A DNA stretch of 64,000 nt, from contig CASDOR010000007.1 in NCBI GenBank assembly GCA_949282135.1, positions 779 through 64,778 of the forward strand. The letters are read 5' to 3'. The stretch comes from an uncultured Christensenella sp. GTDB taxonomy: Bacteria > Bacillota > Clostridia > Christensenellales > UBA1242. The position numbers were made by a program, and so were the translations under genes. The notes below the pieces were generated by a model. That model worked only from the letters and a program-made list of their open reading frames with translations. It had not been told where the DNA came from and ran no database searches. Shown in pieces: positions 38,192 through 47,885 of this stretch. Within the stretch, counting starts at the first letter, position 1. Every line of letters starts with the position of its first letter.

Positions 38192-38818
38192 TTACTTATA
38201 CGCCTCCTCTATTTTTTTAATTGCATCTTTTGTAATGTACAACTTTGTGTTACTAACAATATCGTAAGTATTAAGTACATCAGCATATGTTACTTTTGCA
38301 TTTTCAATGTTATTTGATGCTCTAAGAATGTCATCATCCTTGTCTTTTAGAACAAACATAACATTTTTGTGCCCAATTTTGAAGTTGTCCATTATTTCTT
38401 TAAATAACTTTGTCTTTGGACTCTCAAGTGCTAGTGACTCAAGTATAACCACTTCGCTATCCGCAAGCTTTGCACTAATTGCACTCTTGAAAGCACTTAC
38501 TCTCATCTTCTTATTAATCTTTTCAGAAAAATCTCTTGGCTTTGGAGCAAAGATTATACCGCCGCCTTTCCATTGTGCAGACTTTGTGCTTCCTTGTCTT
38601 GCTCTACCTGTTCCTTTTTGTCTCCAAGGCTTCTTTGCGTGCCCTCTAACTTCACTACGAAGAAGAGTTGACTTTGTACCTTGTCTTTGGTTGTTGTTGT
38701 AAGCAACTATTACTTGATGGATAAGTGGCTCATTATACTCACACCCAAACACATCATCACTAAGAGTCATTTGCCCTACAACCTCAGCTTTCATATCATA
38801 AACTTTTACTTTAGGCAT
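38192..38818 (-). CDS. rplD: 50S ribosomal protein L4
   Basis: 208 aa containing [33 protein letters not shown]. Confidence 0.96.
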   Translation of the reverse strand: MPKVKVYDMKAEVVGQMTLSDDVFGCEYNEPLIHQVIVAYNNNQRQGTKSTLLRSEVRGHAKKPWRQKGTGRARQGSTKSAQWKGGGIIFAPKPRDFSEKINKKMRVSAFKSAISAKLADSEVVILESLALESPKTKLFKEIMDNFKIGHKNVMFVLKDKDDDILRASNNIENAKVTYADVLNTYDIVSNTKLYITKDAIKKIEEAYK

Positions 38819-38834
38819 TTTTTAGATTCGCTCC

Positions 38835-39473
38835 TTATCTTAATACTTTCTTTGCACTTACGATTGACACAAGTCCGTCTTTATGTCCAGGAACACTTCC
38901 CTTTACCATAATAAGATTTCTCTCTTCGTCAACCTTTACGACTTTTAGATTTTGTTTTGTTACTCTGTCTCCACCGTATTGCCCAGGCATCTTGTGATTT
39001 TTGAAAACCCTGCTTGGAGTTGAGCTTGCACTAAGTCCACCAACAGACCTATGAACAGGTCCTGTACCATGTGACATTTTTAGCCTCCTAGCGTTCCATC
39101 TCTTGATTGTCCCACTAAAGCCATGTCCTTTTGTTGTCCCAGTCACGTCAACTAAGTCTCCCTCACTAAACACATTACACTTAATCTCGCTACCCACTTC
39201 AAGTTCGTTATAATTGTCAGGATTAATTTCTCTTAAGTACTTCTTTACCTCAACTTGTGCTTTCTTAAAAACTCCAAGTTCTGGCTTGTTCTTGCTCTTT
39301 TCTTTTGCATTTCCAAAAGCTACAACAACTGCCTCATACCCATCTTTGTCAAGAGTCTTTTTCTGTACTACTACACAAGGACCCGCCTCAATAACAGTCA
39401 CAGGAGTTACCCGTCCATCAAGGTCAAAAACTTGTGTCATACCTAATTTTTTACCAAGAATTGCTTTACTCAT
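38835..39473 (-). CDS. rplC: 50S ribosomal protein L3
   Basis: 212 aa containing ILGKKLGMTQVF and TKGHGFSGTIKRWN. Confidence 0.96.
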   Translation of the reverse strand: MSKAILGKKLGMTQVFDLDGRVTPVTVIEAGPCVVVQKKTLDKDGYEAVVVAFGNAKEKSKNKPELGVFKKAQVEVKKYLREINPDNYNELEVGSEIKCNVFSEGDLVDVTGTTKGHGFSGTIKRWNARRLKMSHGTGPVHRSVGGLSASSTPSRVFKNHKMPGQYGGDRVTKQNLKVVKVDEERNLIMVKGSVPGHKDGLVSIVSAKKVLR

Positions 39474-39496
39474 TTTCTCTTCTCCTTTTGACCCTT

Positions 39497-39805
39497 TTAT
39501 AGTTTAATATTGATATCAACACCTGCTGGAAGGTCTAATTTCATAAGTGCATCTACTGCCTTGCTACTTGGTGTGTAAATATCAATTATCCTTTTGTGTG
39601 TACGCATCTCAAATTGCTCACGACTATCTTTATACTTATGAGGTGCTCTGATAATTGTCACCACTTCCTTTTCAGTTGGTAGTGGTATTGGACCTGCAAC
39701 CTTGCTACCTGACTTGCTTGCCGCATCCATTATGCGAGAAGTCGCCATGTCAATCAAGTTGTGGTCGTAACTTTTAAGTTTAATTCTAATTTTTTGTGTT
39801 GCCAT
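39497..39805 (-). CDS. rpsJ: 30S ribosomal protein S10
   Basis: 102 aa containing [16 protein letters not shown]. Confidence 0.97.
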   Translation of the reverse strand: MATQKIRIKLKSYDHNLIDMATSRIMDAASKSGSKVAGPIPLPTEKEVVTIIRAPHKYKDSREQFEMRTHKRIIDIYTPSSKAVDALMKLDLPAGVDINIKL

Positions 39806-40010
39806 ATACTCTCCTTTCCCTATACTGATAATGTTACAAACACTTTACCGTGTGTTCCGTGCTTGCACTCTTTAAAAAAAATCTTTTATTTTTTAAAGAT
39901 TTTTTACCAGCCCGCTTGAATTTAATTCAAACTAGTCCATGTAAATTCTCTACTTTTGTGGGTATAAAAGTAGTAACTTTACACTTCAACCCTATTTTTA
40001 CGGTGAGGTC

Positions 40011-40039
40011 ATTTTACTACAAACTTCTAGTCTCGTCAA
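40011..40039 (-). promoter_or_regulatory. Candidate sigma-A promoter of the S10 cluster (about 200-nt leader)
   Basis: Minus strand reads TTGACG (40039-40034), a 17-nt spacer, then TAAAAT (40016-40011). Confidence 0.5.
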
Positions 40040-40316
40040 CCCCTTTTTGTCAAATTTTAACCTCGCCAAAGCAAAAAATAAAAGTTTGTGCAACTTGCAC
40101 AAAACTTTCACTTCAAACCCAAAACTTTTCCACCCCTTTTTTGTTTATTTTATATGTTATTATATATCTATATATAGTATATTATTACATATAAGACTAT
40201 GCCCACATTTATTAATTTGCCTTTGATAAAAGTTTTTATTTTTCTAGCCCTCTTTTTTTAAAATAATTTTTCCTTTTTTTAAACCCCTTTTTTACCTAAG
40301 CCTACTCCCCTTTTTT

Positions 40317-40457
40317 CACCCTATCACTTAAACTACACTTTTTTCTTCCAACCTACCAATTAAACTGCTTTTTTACCCCACCGCTTAAACTACTCTTTAT
40401 TCTACCTCACTGCTTAAACTTCTCTTTATTCTACCTCACCGCTTAAACTAAAAAAAC
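40317..40457. repeat. Tandem array, 5 x about 29 nt, upstream of the S10 promoter
   Basis: Units read (c/t)acc.cac.gcttaaact.ctctttattcta, starting at 40317, 40349, 40376, 40405 and 40434. Confidence 0.85.
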
Positions 40458-40584
40458 TTTTTGTTACGCGACTAAAACAAAAGTCCACTTTTTATCTATT
40501 AATACTTAAACTTGTTCTTCTCTATTTTTCACTAATTACACACATAAAAAAATAAACCTATTTTGTTAATAGGTTTACCTTTAT

Positions 40585-40752
40585 TTACTTATTCATAAAT
40601 CCGCATTTCTTTTCAAAAGATTTACAATAATGTGCGTTTTCGTTTTCTGCCTCCATAGTGATTTTGATACCATCTTTATTGCACATACATCCGTCTAAGT
40701 TGTGCACGCAATTACACACATCACACTCGACATTGCAAACTGATTTGTCCAT
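40585..40752 (-). CDS. Small Cys-rich DUF1540-like protein
   Basis: My own translation, below the ORF-track cutoff: MDKSVCNVECDVCNCVHNLDGCMCNKDGIKITMEAENENAHYCKSFEKKCGFMNK (55 aa). A gaggaggg SD lies upstream. Confidence 0.7.
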   Translation of the reverse strand: MDKSVCNVECDVCNCVHNLDGCMCNKDGIKITMEAENENAHYCKSFEKKCGFMNK

Positions 40753-40846
40753 TTTGCCCTCCTCTATTTCTTAGAATAGGTAAAATATCAAAAATTATTC
40801 CTCTTCCCTCCCCTTTGCCCTCCTTCTATACGCAAAAAAACCTTAC

Positions 40847-40881
40847 AAAAAAGCGGTTTTATCTAAAAAAAATAAAACCAC
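40847..40881 (-). terminator. Rho-independent terminator after the DUF1858 gene
   Basis: Minus strand reads gtggtttta-(11 nt)-taaaaccgc followed by tttttt. Confidence 0.55.
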
Positions 40882-40885
40882 TCGA

Positions 40886-40970
40886 ATTACTTTTTAATCT
40901 TTACTACTTTTTAATTTCTACTACTTTTTATTTTTTACTACTTTTTAAATCTCACTGCCTTTTAACCTCT
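40886..40970. repeat. Tandem array, 5 x 17 nt
   Basis: Units are attactttttaatcttt, actactttttaatttct, actactttttatttttt, actactttttaaatctc and actgccttttaacctct. Confidence 0.85.
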
Positions 40971-41024
40971 AAAGAACCTGCAATAAGACTAGAAAATAAA
41001 ACTTAAAATACTTTCTAAATTTTA

Positions 41025-41222
41025 TTACTTTTTAAGTTCTTCTTTAAGTTTTTTTACCATAAACTCTGGGTCAATACCATGGACAACACTCGCCTCTTCT
41101 ATTGTCTCCATTCTACTCATAGGACATGAAAAACAATGCATCCCAAAACCGCTTAAAATCTCTTCAGCATTTTTGTAGTTGTCTAAAATCTCCCCTAGTG
41201 AAGTTGTACGTGTAATTTCCAT
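41025..41222 (-). CDS. DUF1858 / hybrid-cluster-protein-associated redox disulfide domain protein
   Basis: 65 aa reading TSLGEILDNYKNAEEILSGFGMHCFSCPMSRMETIEEASVVHGIDPEFMVKKL. Confidence 0.8.
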   Translation of the reverse strand: MEITRTTSLGEILDNYKNAEEILSGFGMHCFSCPMSRMETIEEASVVHGIDPEFMVKKLKEELKK

Positions 41223-41597
41223 TTTTTCTCTCTCCTTTTGATTTGTTTTCTTTACTTGTTCCTCTTTATTTTACCCTTTGCCTAAAACTACTCGTGCCAA
41301 CTCTAAACCTAAGTCTAATTTACCTACGCAAAAAAACTAGTCAAACTTATCTACGTAAAAATCTAAACCCAGCAAAACCTCGCTTTATTTAAAGGTTAAA
41401 ACATAAGGACTTTTTCTTGCTTTGTAATTCTACACCTTATAAAACTTTTTTACAAATACTTTTTTAAACTCAATTTCTTAAAAATTTAAGGATGTACTTA
41501 TTTAACCTTTTTTATTGCCCAGTTCTAGACTTGTAGTTATTCCAAACTAAAAAGGTCGGTATTCTGCTAAAACTTAATATATCACCATTAAATATGC

Positions 41598-41823
41598 TTT
41601 AAAATTAGTAGTAACAATGCTTAACTAAAATTAATAACTTACCCCCTACACACACGCTTAAAAACTAGTGATAACACGGTCGCTACTTAAGAACTGCCTA
41701 AACCTATCACCAACTCTTGTATATTCTTAAAGATAGTGGTAGCAATGCTTTTATTGTCCTTTTGCTTTTGTCGAATATCTTTTTTTTGCAAATCCTTAAA
41801 AAATATTGGTAACAATGCTTAGT
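41598..41823. repeat. Four dispersed copies of a roughly 27-nt motif at 59-69 nt spacing
   Basis: ttaaa(a).ta.tg.ta(a/g)ca(a/c)(t/g)g.t occurs at 41598, 41657, 41726 and 41794. One example is ttaaaattagtagtaacaatgcttaac. Confidence 0.75.
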
Positions 41824-41829
41824 TAAATT

Positions 41830-43155
41830 CTACAACTTGCTCTTACAAACACAGCAGTATTCGTCTCCCTCGTAGTTCTTAGCCCCACAACACTCACAAG
41901 TTATAAGCTTTCTTTCTTTTGGAGTTTCCTTTACTTCTTTAGAAACCTCTTTTCTTTCTTCAAAAATCATAGGATTTTTTTGTGGTGCGTCACTTATCAC
42001 ATAGTCATCAATGAGGTCAGAAAGTCTACTTTGCCCCTCTCGTCTCAAATTAAATTTAGCATACTCCTCTTTTCTTTGCTTTCTTCTCCTCTCTTCTTCT
42101 ATTACTTGTGGACTAGGCTGAGAAGAAGTATTTATACCCTCGTCCGTCCTTTTTTGACTTTCCTGCTTCTTGAAATCATTGTAAAGCTCGTCAATGTCAA
42201 TAAGGTCGTCTTTTATGATATCGCTATCATTTTGATTTGATACATTCTCCTTATTTATGTAACTATCACTCTTTATAGAGCTCTCATTTTGAATGGTATT
42301 ATTAGTAGCAAAATTATTTTCTTTAAGCGTGTCCGCACTTTGACTAAAACTCGTAGGTTGGTTAAAACTCATACTTTGGCTATCACTTTGAGTACTCGCC
42401 TTTCCCGCCTCGCTACTAGCATTTACTATGTCAACCTTCTTTTGAAGTGCTGCAATTTTAAGCGAAAGATATTTCTTAGGCACCTTTAAGTCAAAGAAAT
42501 TAATGTCAGTCACCTCAAATCCAAACTCGTCTGTAGCAAGTTTTAGTTCCTGAGTCAAATCTTGAACTATTTTATCTTCCCTCAAAAAATAGTCCTCAAA
42601 CGAGTAGCCACCTTTACTTAAAAGGTCGCAAATCCTTTTTTTAGAAATAAAGGAAATCTCCTCTATTACCTTAGAGTTTTGCACTATAGGATAGGTGTTG
42701 CATAGATAAATCATAAACTTTTCTACACTCGACACCTTGACACTATACTTGATAATGCTCCTCATCTTAATGCGTGCCTTGTTAGTCTGCGATAATGCTT
42801 TAAATTTGTGCTCAAACTTAAAGTCACTGTGTTCTTTTTCACTCACAAAATATAACTCGCAGTCTTTTATGTAGTCAGGCAAAGGTATGCCCTCTTTTTT
42901 TATTCCCCTAAAAAAGAGCATAAAAAGTTTGGGAACAGTCGTCTCCTTAACCTCATAAGCACCAGGCTCTAACACGTCAAGCACGTTGTTAAAGTACACT
43001 GTCACCGCTTTGTAGTCTTCCTCAACTTTAAGCACATTACCAAATTTCAATTTTCCGTTCTTAAGCTTAGCAAGACTCACAATCTTGCCCTTGTCCGCCT
43101 TATCAAGCTTAATCTCTTGCCTAAATAACTTTTTAAATCCATCAAAAAGTCCCAT
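41830..43155 (-). CDS. SPFH-domain protein with C-terminal zinc ribbon (COG4260 / YdjI-like)
   Basis: 441 aa. The N-terminus MGLFDGFKK...LKVEEDYKAVTVYF...LEPGAYEV...YFVSEKE fits the COG4260 pattern. A long low-complexity linker follows. The C-terminus reads CECCGAKNYEGDEYCCVCKSKL. Confidence 0.6.
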   Translation of the reverse strand: MGLFDGFKKLFRQEIKLDKADKGKIVSLAKLKNGKLKFGNVLKVEEDYKAVTVYFNNVLDVLEPGAYEVKETTVPKLFMLFFRGIKKEGIPLPDYIKDCELYFVSEKEHSDFKFEHKFKALSQTNKARIKMRSIIKYSVKVSSVEKFMIYLCNTYPIVQNSKVIEEISFISKKRICDLLSKGGYSFEDYFLREDKIVQDLTQELKLATDEFGFEVTDINFFDLKVPKKYLSLKIAALQKKVDIVNASSEAGKASTQSDSQSMSFNQPTSFSQSADTLKENNFATNNTIQNESSIKSDSYINKENVSNQNDSDIIKDDLIDIDELYNDFKKQESQKRTDEGINTSSQPSPQVIEEERRRKQRKEEYAKFNLRREGQSRLSDLIDDYVISDAPQKNPMIFEERKEVSKEVKETPKERKLITCECCGAKNYEGDEYCCVCKSKL

Positions 43156-43342
43156 ATTACCTTAAGTTTACCACACTTCTCCCCTTTTGACTACTAAAAA
43201 ACCTCTTTTGTGTCTTTTTAATCCTCTTTTTATTCAAGACCTAACAATACTAATGAGATTAATCCTACTACTTTCATAAACCTCGATTTTTAATACTTGT
43301 CACACCGACTATACCCTTGCACCCATGTTCCCACTACAAAAC

Positions 43343-43394
43343 GTGCGACCACGAGAGACGTCGCCCTAAGGGCTCCCACCTCTCGCGACCGCAC
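43343..43394. repeat. Nested-hairpin intergenic element, B-type, copy 2
   Basis: gtgcg-ac-cacgagag-(acgtc gccc-taa-gggc tcccac)-ctctcgcg-ac-cgcac. A partial extra 3' arm (gaccgcactcc) lies at 43461-43472. Confidence 0.8.
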
Positions 43395-43611
43395 TCCCTA
43401 TACCCACCACCATTAATTTGCACTCTCCTAGTACTGGCTATCTAAATTCCGCACCCCTCTTAGACCGCACTCCATAATAACATGGTCACATAAACAAAAT
43501 AATTCTTCGCCTGTTGCCTTCACCCTAACTACTTTCAAAGACACATTAAACTAGCCATAACCCTATTCAAGCAATGTACTATACCATAGCCTAATAACAA
43601 ATCTGCCAACC

Positions 43612-46233
43612 CTATACCACTTTCCTCTCACGTTTGTCATTAAAGTATATCTCTTCCCTAAAACCTAAGCCATCAAAACCTATACCAAAATCTTCTCCTA
43701 TTTCGCTTAAGCCTACACCTTCCACCCCACTCTCAATAGGCACTGGCAGTCCATCAACCATCTTCCATTCCCCAGCCCAATACACAGGTCTATTAGAACT
43801 ATTCCAATATGAATTCCACCCACTAGGCCGACTACTCGCCTCACAATATATTGTAAGCTTATCACAATAACTAAATGCAAAATTTCCTATACTCGTGACA
43901 CTATCTGGTATTGTAATTGAGGTGAGACTATCACAATCATAAAATGCATAACCTCCTATACTCGTAACACTCTCTGGTATTGTAATTGAGGTGAGATCAT
44001 AACAATTATAAAATGCAAAATTTCCTATACTTGTGACACAATTAGGTATTACAACACTAGTAATGTTTGTGTTTTCATAGAACGCATACTCGTATATCTC
44101 ATAGGTGTCACCAAAGTCTCCAAATACTTCTTTTACCTCATCAATACTTGGTAATACTAATTCCTTATCACTACCTGTATAACCTAGTAAATACATTACG
44201 CCATTATTGTAATAAAAAATGTAATCATTATTTACCACTTTTTGTACTAAATCTGTATCTTTGTCTGTATATACATAATCTGCATAATAACCTACATAAC
44301 CATTATCTCTACTTCCTGCCGTTATATTTAGTCCATCCGGACCTGTTAAATCATATACTTCTACTAATTTATAACAATTAGAAAATGCACCTTCTACTAT
44401 ACTCGTAACACTACTTGGAATTGTAATTAAGGTGAGACTAGTACAATAAGAAAATGCCCGTTCTCCTATACTCGTGACTGAACTTGAAATTGTAACACTT
44501 GCAAGCTTATCTTCATTATAAAACGCATAACTTTTTATAGAATATGTTCTACCATCATCAAAAGTTGGAAGTGAAATATTTTCACCTTGACCTTTGTAAG
44601 ATACAAAATAGTGATTACCATTTAAATCCTCATACATTACGTATTCATTATTAGTACCAGTATCGTATATTCCTGTTGGAATATTTTCTTTTTTTATTTC
44701 TACTGCATAATAGCCTACATAGCCATTACTACTAGAGCCTGCTGTTATATTTAGTCCGTCACCCCCTGTTAAATCATATACCTCTACTAGTTTATAACAA
44801 TACCTAAATGCGTCACTTCCTATACTCGTGACACTCTCAGGTATTGTAATTGAGGTGAGACTACTGCAACCATTAAAAGCTTGATCTCCTATACTCGTAA
44901 TAGTATTTGGTATTGTAATTGAGGCGAGACTACTGCAATTATAAAATGCCCGTTCTCCTATACTCGTGACACTATCTGGTATTGTAATTGAGGTGAGACT
45001 AGTGCAAATTTCAAATGAACCCGCTGTTAACTCTTCAAGTTTTGTATCTTCTAAGTTGATTGTTTTTAAACTTGAGCAACCCATAAAGGAATACACGCCA
45101 ATACTTGTTAAATTTGAATTACCTTCAAATACTACATTTTCTAAGCCCATACACATCATAAATGCAGTAAAACCAATATTCTTGACATTCTTTGGTATGG
45201 TTATTTTTTGAAGATTAATATTTATGTAATCTTCCATAGCTGCCCCTTCATCTGGAGTTATAAGCCCCAACATAATAAAGATAAATTTTGAAAATGCTCC
45301 ACCTTGAATACTAATACAATCTGCGTGTATGGTGACTCCTTCCGCTTTTAGGTTTGTGTCAATGAGTATTGCGTGTTCGTTATTTTCGGTTGGTAAATAA
45401 TAACCATTTCCATATTCTACGGTGTCAAGTCCAGAACACAACATAAATGCTTCGCCGCCGACATACTCTACACTACTTGGTATGACTATATCTGTCAATG
45501 TTGAGCACATCGCAAAAGCTCCGCCCATGATTCCTGACACCGTATCAAATTTTGAATTTATACTCTCTACACTATTTGGAATTACAACACTTTCTATTTT
45601 TGGTAATTCATTTGCCATTAAACCATTAAAAGCGTTATATGGGATGTCGACTACGTCGTGTGAGATTATGACGTTTGGGGAGGTGCTTAAAAGTGGTGCG
45701 TTTGCAAAGTCGGAGTTATGTACGTTTGGAGTTAGGAAAACTGAGTAAAGAGTAAGGTTTTCACTACTTTTTGGCACGTCGTACCAAATTGGATTATCTT
45801 CCGTTGAGACATAATATCTATAGTCGGTTTTACTAAAGATAAAGTCTGGATTCTCTGGGTCTTCTTGTGGGTCAATAAAGGAAGAGTTAGTTGAGAAGAA
45901 ATAGAATTCTCTTCCATCACTACTTGTAAGGTCGTCTAGATTTGTGACTATTCCTTTTTCTATCGTTGGCACTGTTCCATCTATTCTAAACTTTTTGTTA
46001 TCTTCACTTAAGACCACTTTTGTGTCATCTGTGCTAAATTTTGACCCTTCGTTTCTAGCAAAGGTTAGTATGATATTAGGACTTTCCTCTTGCACCTCAT
46101 ACTCAACTTTAATATCGTTGTAATACTTTTTATTTATTGCATCTACTACAATAAATATTGTAAGCACAGCAAAAACTCCCATTACAACAAGTAAAAGTAT
46201 TGAAGTAAGTAAATTCCTCTTTGAACTTCCCAT
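43612..46233 (-). CDS. BspA-type leucine-rich-repeat surface protein with N-terminal membrane anchor
   Basis: 873 aa. There are many repeats of I(T/V)IP.SVTSIG..AF..C.SLTSI. The N-terminal TM is LLTSILLLVVMGVFAVLTIFIVV. Confidence 0.88.
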   Translation of the reverse strand: MGSSKRNLLTSILLLVVMGVFAVLTIFIVVDAINKKYYNDIKVEYEVQEESPNIILTFARNEGSKFSTDDTKVVLSEDNKKFRIDGTVPTIEKGIVTNLDDLTSSDGREFYFFSTNSSFIDPQEDPENPDFIFSKTDYRYYVSTEDNPIWYDVPKSSENLTLYSVFLTPNVHNSDFANAPLLSTSPNVIISHDVVDIPYNAFNGLMANELPKIESVVIPNSVESINSKFDTVSGIMGGAFAMCSTLTDIVIPSSVEYVGGEAFMLCSGLDTVEYGNGYYLPTENNEHAILIDTNLKAEGVTIHADCISIQGGAFSKFIFIMLGLITPDEGAAMEDYININLQKITIPKNVKNIGFTAFMMCMGLENVVFEGNSNLTSIGVYSFMGCSSLKTINLEDTKLEELTAGSFEICTSLTSITIPDSVTSIGERAFYNCSSLASITIPNTITSIGDQAFNGCSSLTSITIPESVTSIGSDAFRYCYKLVEVYDLTGGDGLNITAGSSSNGYVGYYAVEIKKENIPTGIYDTGTNNEYVMYEDLNGNHYFVSYKGQGENISLPTFDDGRTYSIKSYAFYNEDKLASVTISSSVTSIGERAFSYCTSLTLITIPSSVTSIVEGAFSNCYKLVEVYDLTGPDGLNITAGSRDNGYVGYYADYVYTDKDTDLVQKVVNNDYIFYYNNGVMYLLGYTGSDKELVLPSIDEVKEVFGDFGDTYEIYEYAFYENTNITSVVIPNCVTSIGNFAFYNCYDLTSITIPESVTSIGGYAFYDCDSLTSITIPDSVTSIGNFAFSYCDKLTIYCEASSRPSGWNSYWNSSNRPVYWAGEWKMVDGLPVPIESGVEGVGLSEIGEDFGIGFDGLGFREEIYFNDKRERKVV

Positions 46234-46472
46234 ATTTTTAAACTCTCCTTTATCATTAGTTTTTTAAGATTTAAAAAATTTATTAGTAAAACTAGTCTTA
46301 AATTTGCGTTGTTTGACTTTTACAAATACTTGTTCAAAGCCCCCTGCACACATACACTTCCAGATCTAATACACAAATACTTCTTCAAAGCCTTCACGCA
46401 CAAGTTTTCTTTCAAAGCCATACAAATTTATGCCATCACTACGCTTAGTATAAAATTTTTTTAGAATTTAGG

Positions 46473-46575
46473 CAAACAAATTTAATAGATAAATAAGCCA
46501 ACAATTTTAATAGATAAATAAGCCAACAATTTTAATAGATAAATAAGCCAACAATTTTAATAGATAAAAAAGCTA
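46473..46575. repeat. Tandem array, 4 x 25 nt, two central units identical
   Basis: caacaattttaatagataaataagc repeated, upstream of the LRR gene. Confidence 0.9.
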
Positions 46576-46893
46576 GCCACAAAAAATACCAAACTTTTAA
46601 AAAATAATTTTACCTTTTTTAAACTAAATTCTCTTCCTTGTAAATCTTTCTATACATAATTTAAGGCTATTCTTGTCCTTTTTTACACCTTCTATTCTTT
46701 TATCTTTAGGCATATTCTAACATTTCATTGTACGTTTGACCTATTTTTGTCCATAATTATTTAAATGTCAACATGAAATACCCATTTTAAATAATTATTA
46801 ATTTTACTTTTTGTAGTTTGTTTTTATTCTATTAATCACCTAAGGCTCATATATTTTAGTATTGACATACCATTTTTAAAAAAGGGAGAAAAT

Positions 46894-47646
46894 ATGAAAT
46901 TACTAAGCGAACTAATATCAAAAAAAGTCCTAAATTTATATTCTGGTAAACTCGAAGGACTAGTCATAGATGCATTATTTGACGACAAATACCAAAGAAT
47001 AGTAAAACTCAAACTAAGCGACTTTGACGAAGAAGAATTTGAGATTTCAACCAAAAATATTTATAGCGTAAGCGACATAGTAAGCATTAAAAATAACGCA
47101 CACATAACTTCACTCATAAACAAAAACGAGGACAAGTATAACAATCCAATTTTAAAAGACGTCTATAGTGTGTCTGGCAACTACTATGGTAAAATTATAG
47201 ACATAAAAATAGCGGACAACTTTAAAGTAGACTCCTTTTTAACCGAGGTCCTAACCTTTACTCCAAGGCAAATAGTAAATTTAAAGGACAACATAATAAT
47301 TAATACAACCAACAAAAAAATTAAGCTTTCCAACTTTAAACCAGCTCGCACATTCACGTCACTTCTTTCAAGCGCCCCTCAGCAAGACAAAGTGACAATT
47401 CTTGCCCCACAAATTGAAAATCTTGAACAAACAAATCCAAACTACACCCTCTCGCCCCTAGCCTCTCCACCAAAAATTATAGGCAATAACGACTTCTTGC
47501 TAGGTAGAAAGGCAGACAAAAACATTTACTCTTTAAATAACGAACTCATCATAAAAAAAGACTCTCAAATCACAAAAAAACATTTGGAACTTGCCAAAAG
47601 ATATGGAAAACTAGCAGAACTCACAATCTACTCAAAAAAAGCCTAA
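46894..47646 (+). CDS. PRC-barrel domain protein (YlmC/YmxH-like N-terminus)
   Basis: 250 aa. MKLLSELISKKVLNLYSGKLEGLVIDALFDDKYQRIVKLKL fits the YlmC/YmxH PRC-barrel pattern. A second similar segment is VYSVSGNYYGKIIDIKI. Confidence 0.5.
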   Translation: MKLLSELISKKVLNLYSGKLEGLVIDALFDDKYQRIVKLKLSDFDEEEFEISTKNIYSVSDIVSIKNNAHITSLINKNEDKYNNPILKDVYSVSGNYYGKIIDIKIADNFKVDSFLTEVLTFTPRQIVNLKDNIIINTTNKKIKLSNFKPARTFTSLLSSAPQQDKVTILAPQIENLEQTNPNYTLSPLASPPKIIGNNDFLLGRKADKNIYSLNNELIIKKDSQITKKHLELAKRYGKLAELTIYSKKA

Positions 47647-47785
47647 AAATATGTAACTTTTGCTAAAAGGTATGATAAAAATCAAACTCACAACCTACCC
47701 TTAAAAAGCCTAAAACATATAACACTTTTGCTAAAGGGTAAGGTAAAAATCAAGTTCACAACCTACCCTTAAAAAGCACAATACT
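47588..47785. repeat. Tandem array, 3 x about 65 nt, whose first unit is the 3' end of the 46894-47646 CDS
   Basis: The block ...tgc.aaa.g.ta.g.aaaa...a..tcacaa.cta.c..aaaaagc.taaaa.ata. recurs, with units at 47588, 47655 and 47721. Confidence 0.8.
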
Positions 47786-47885
47786 TGACTTTTGTTTGTT
47801 AAAACGTCTACCTTTTAGCAAAACTTAAACCACCATTATAATTGTGGAGTGACCCTAGAGAATTCTTCTTTGGGGCTCCTATTAT

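Noticed and set aside
23181-39805. Numerous 60-140-aa plus-strand ORFs antisense to ribosomal protein genes (for example 34304-34690, 29481-29903, 31332-31676)
   Set aside because: They mirror highly conserved minus-strand genes, lack SD sequences and have low-complexity Leu/Ser/Phe-rich products. These are typical antisense shadows.
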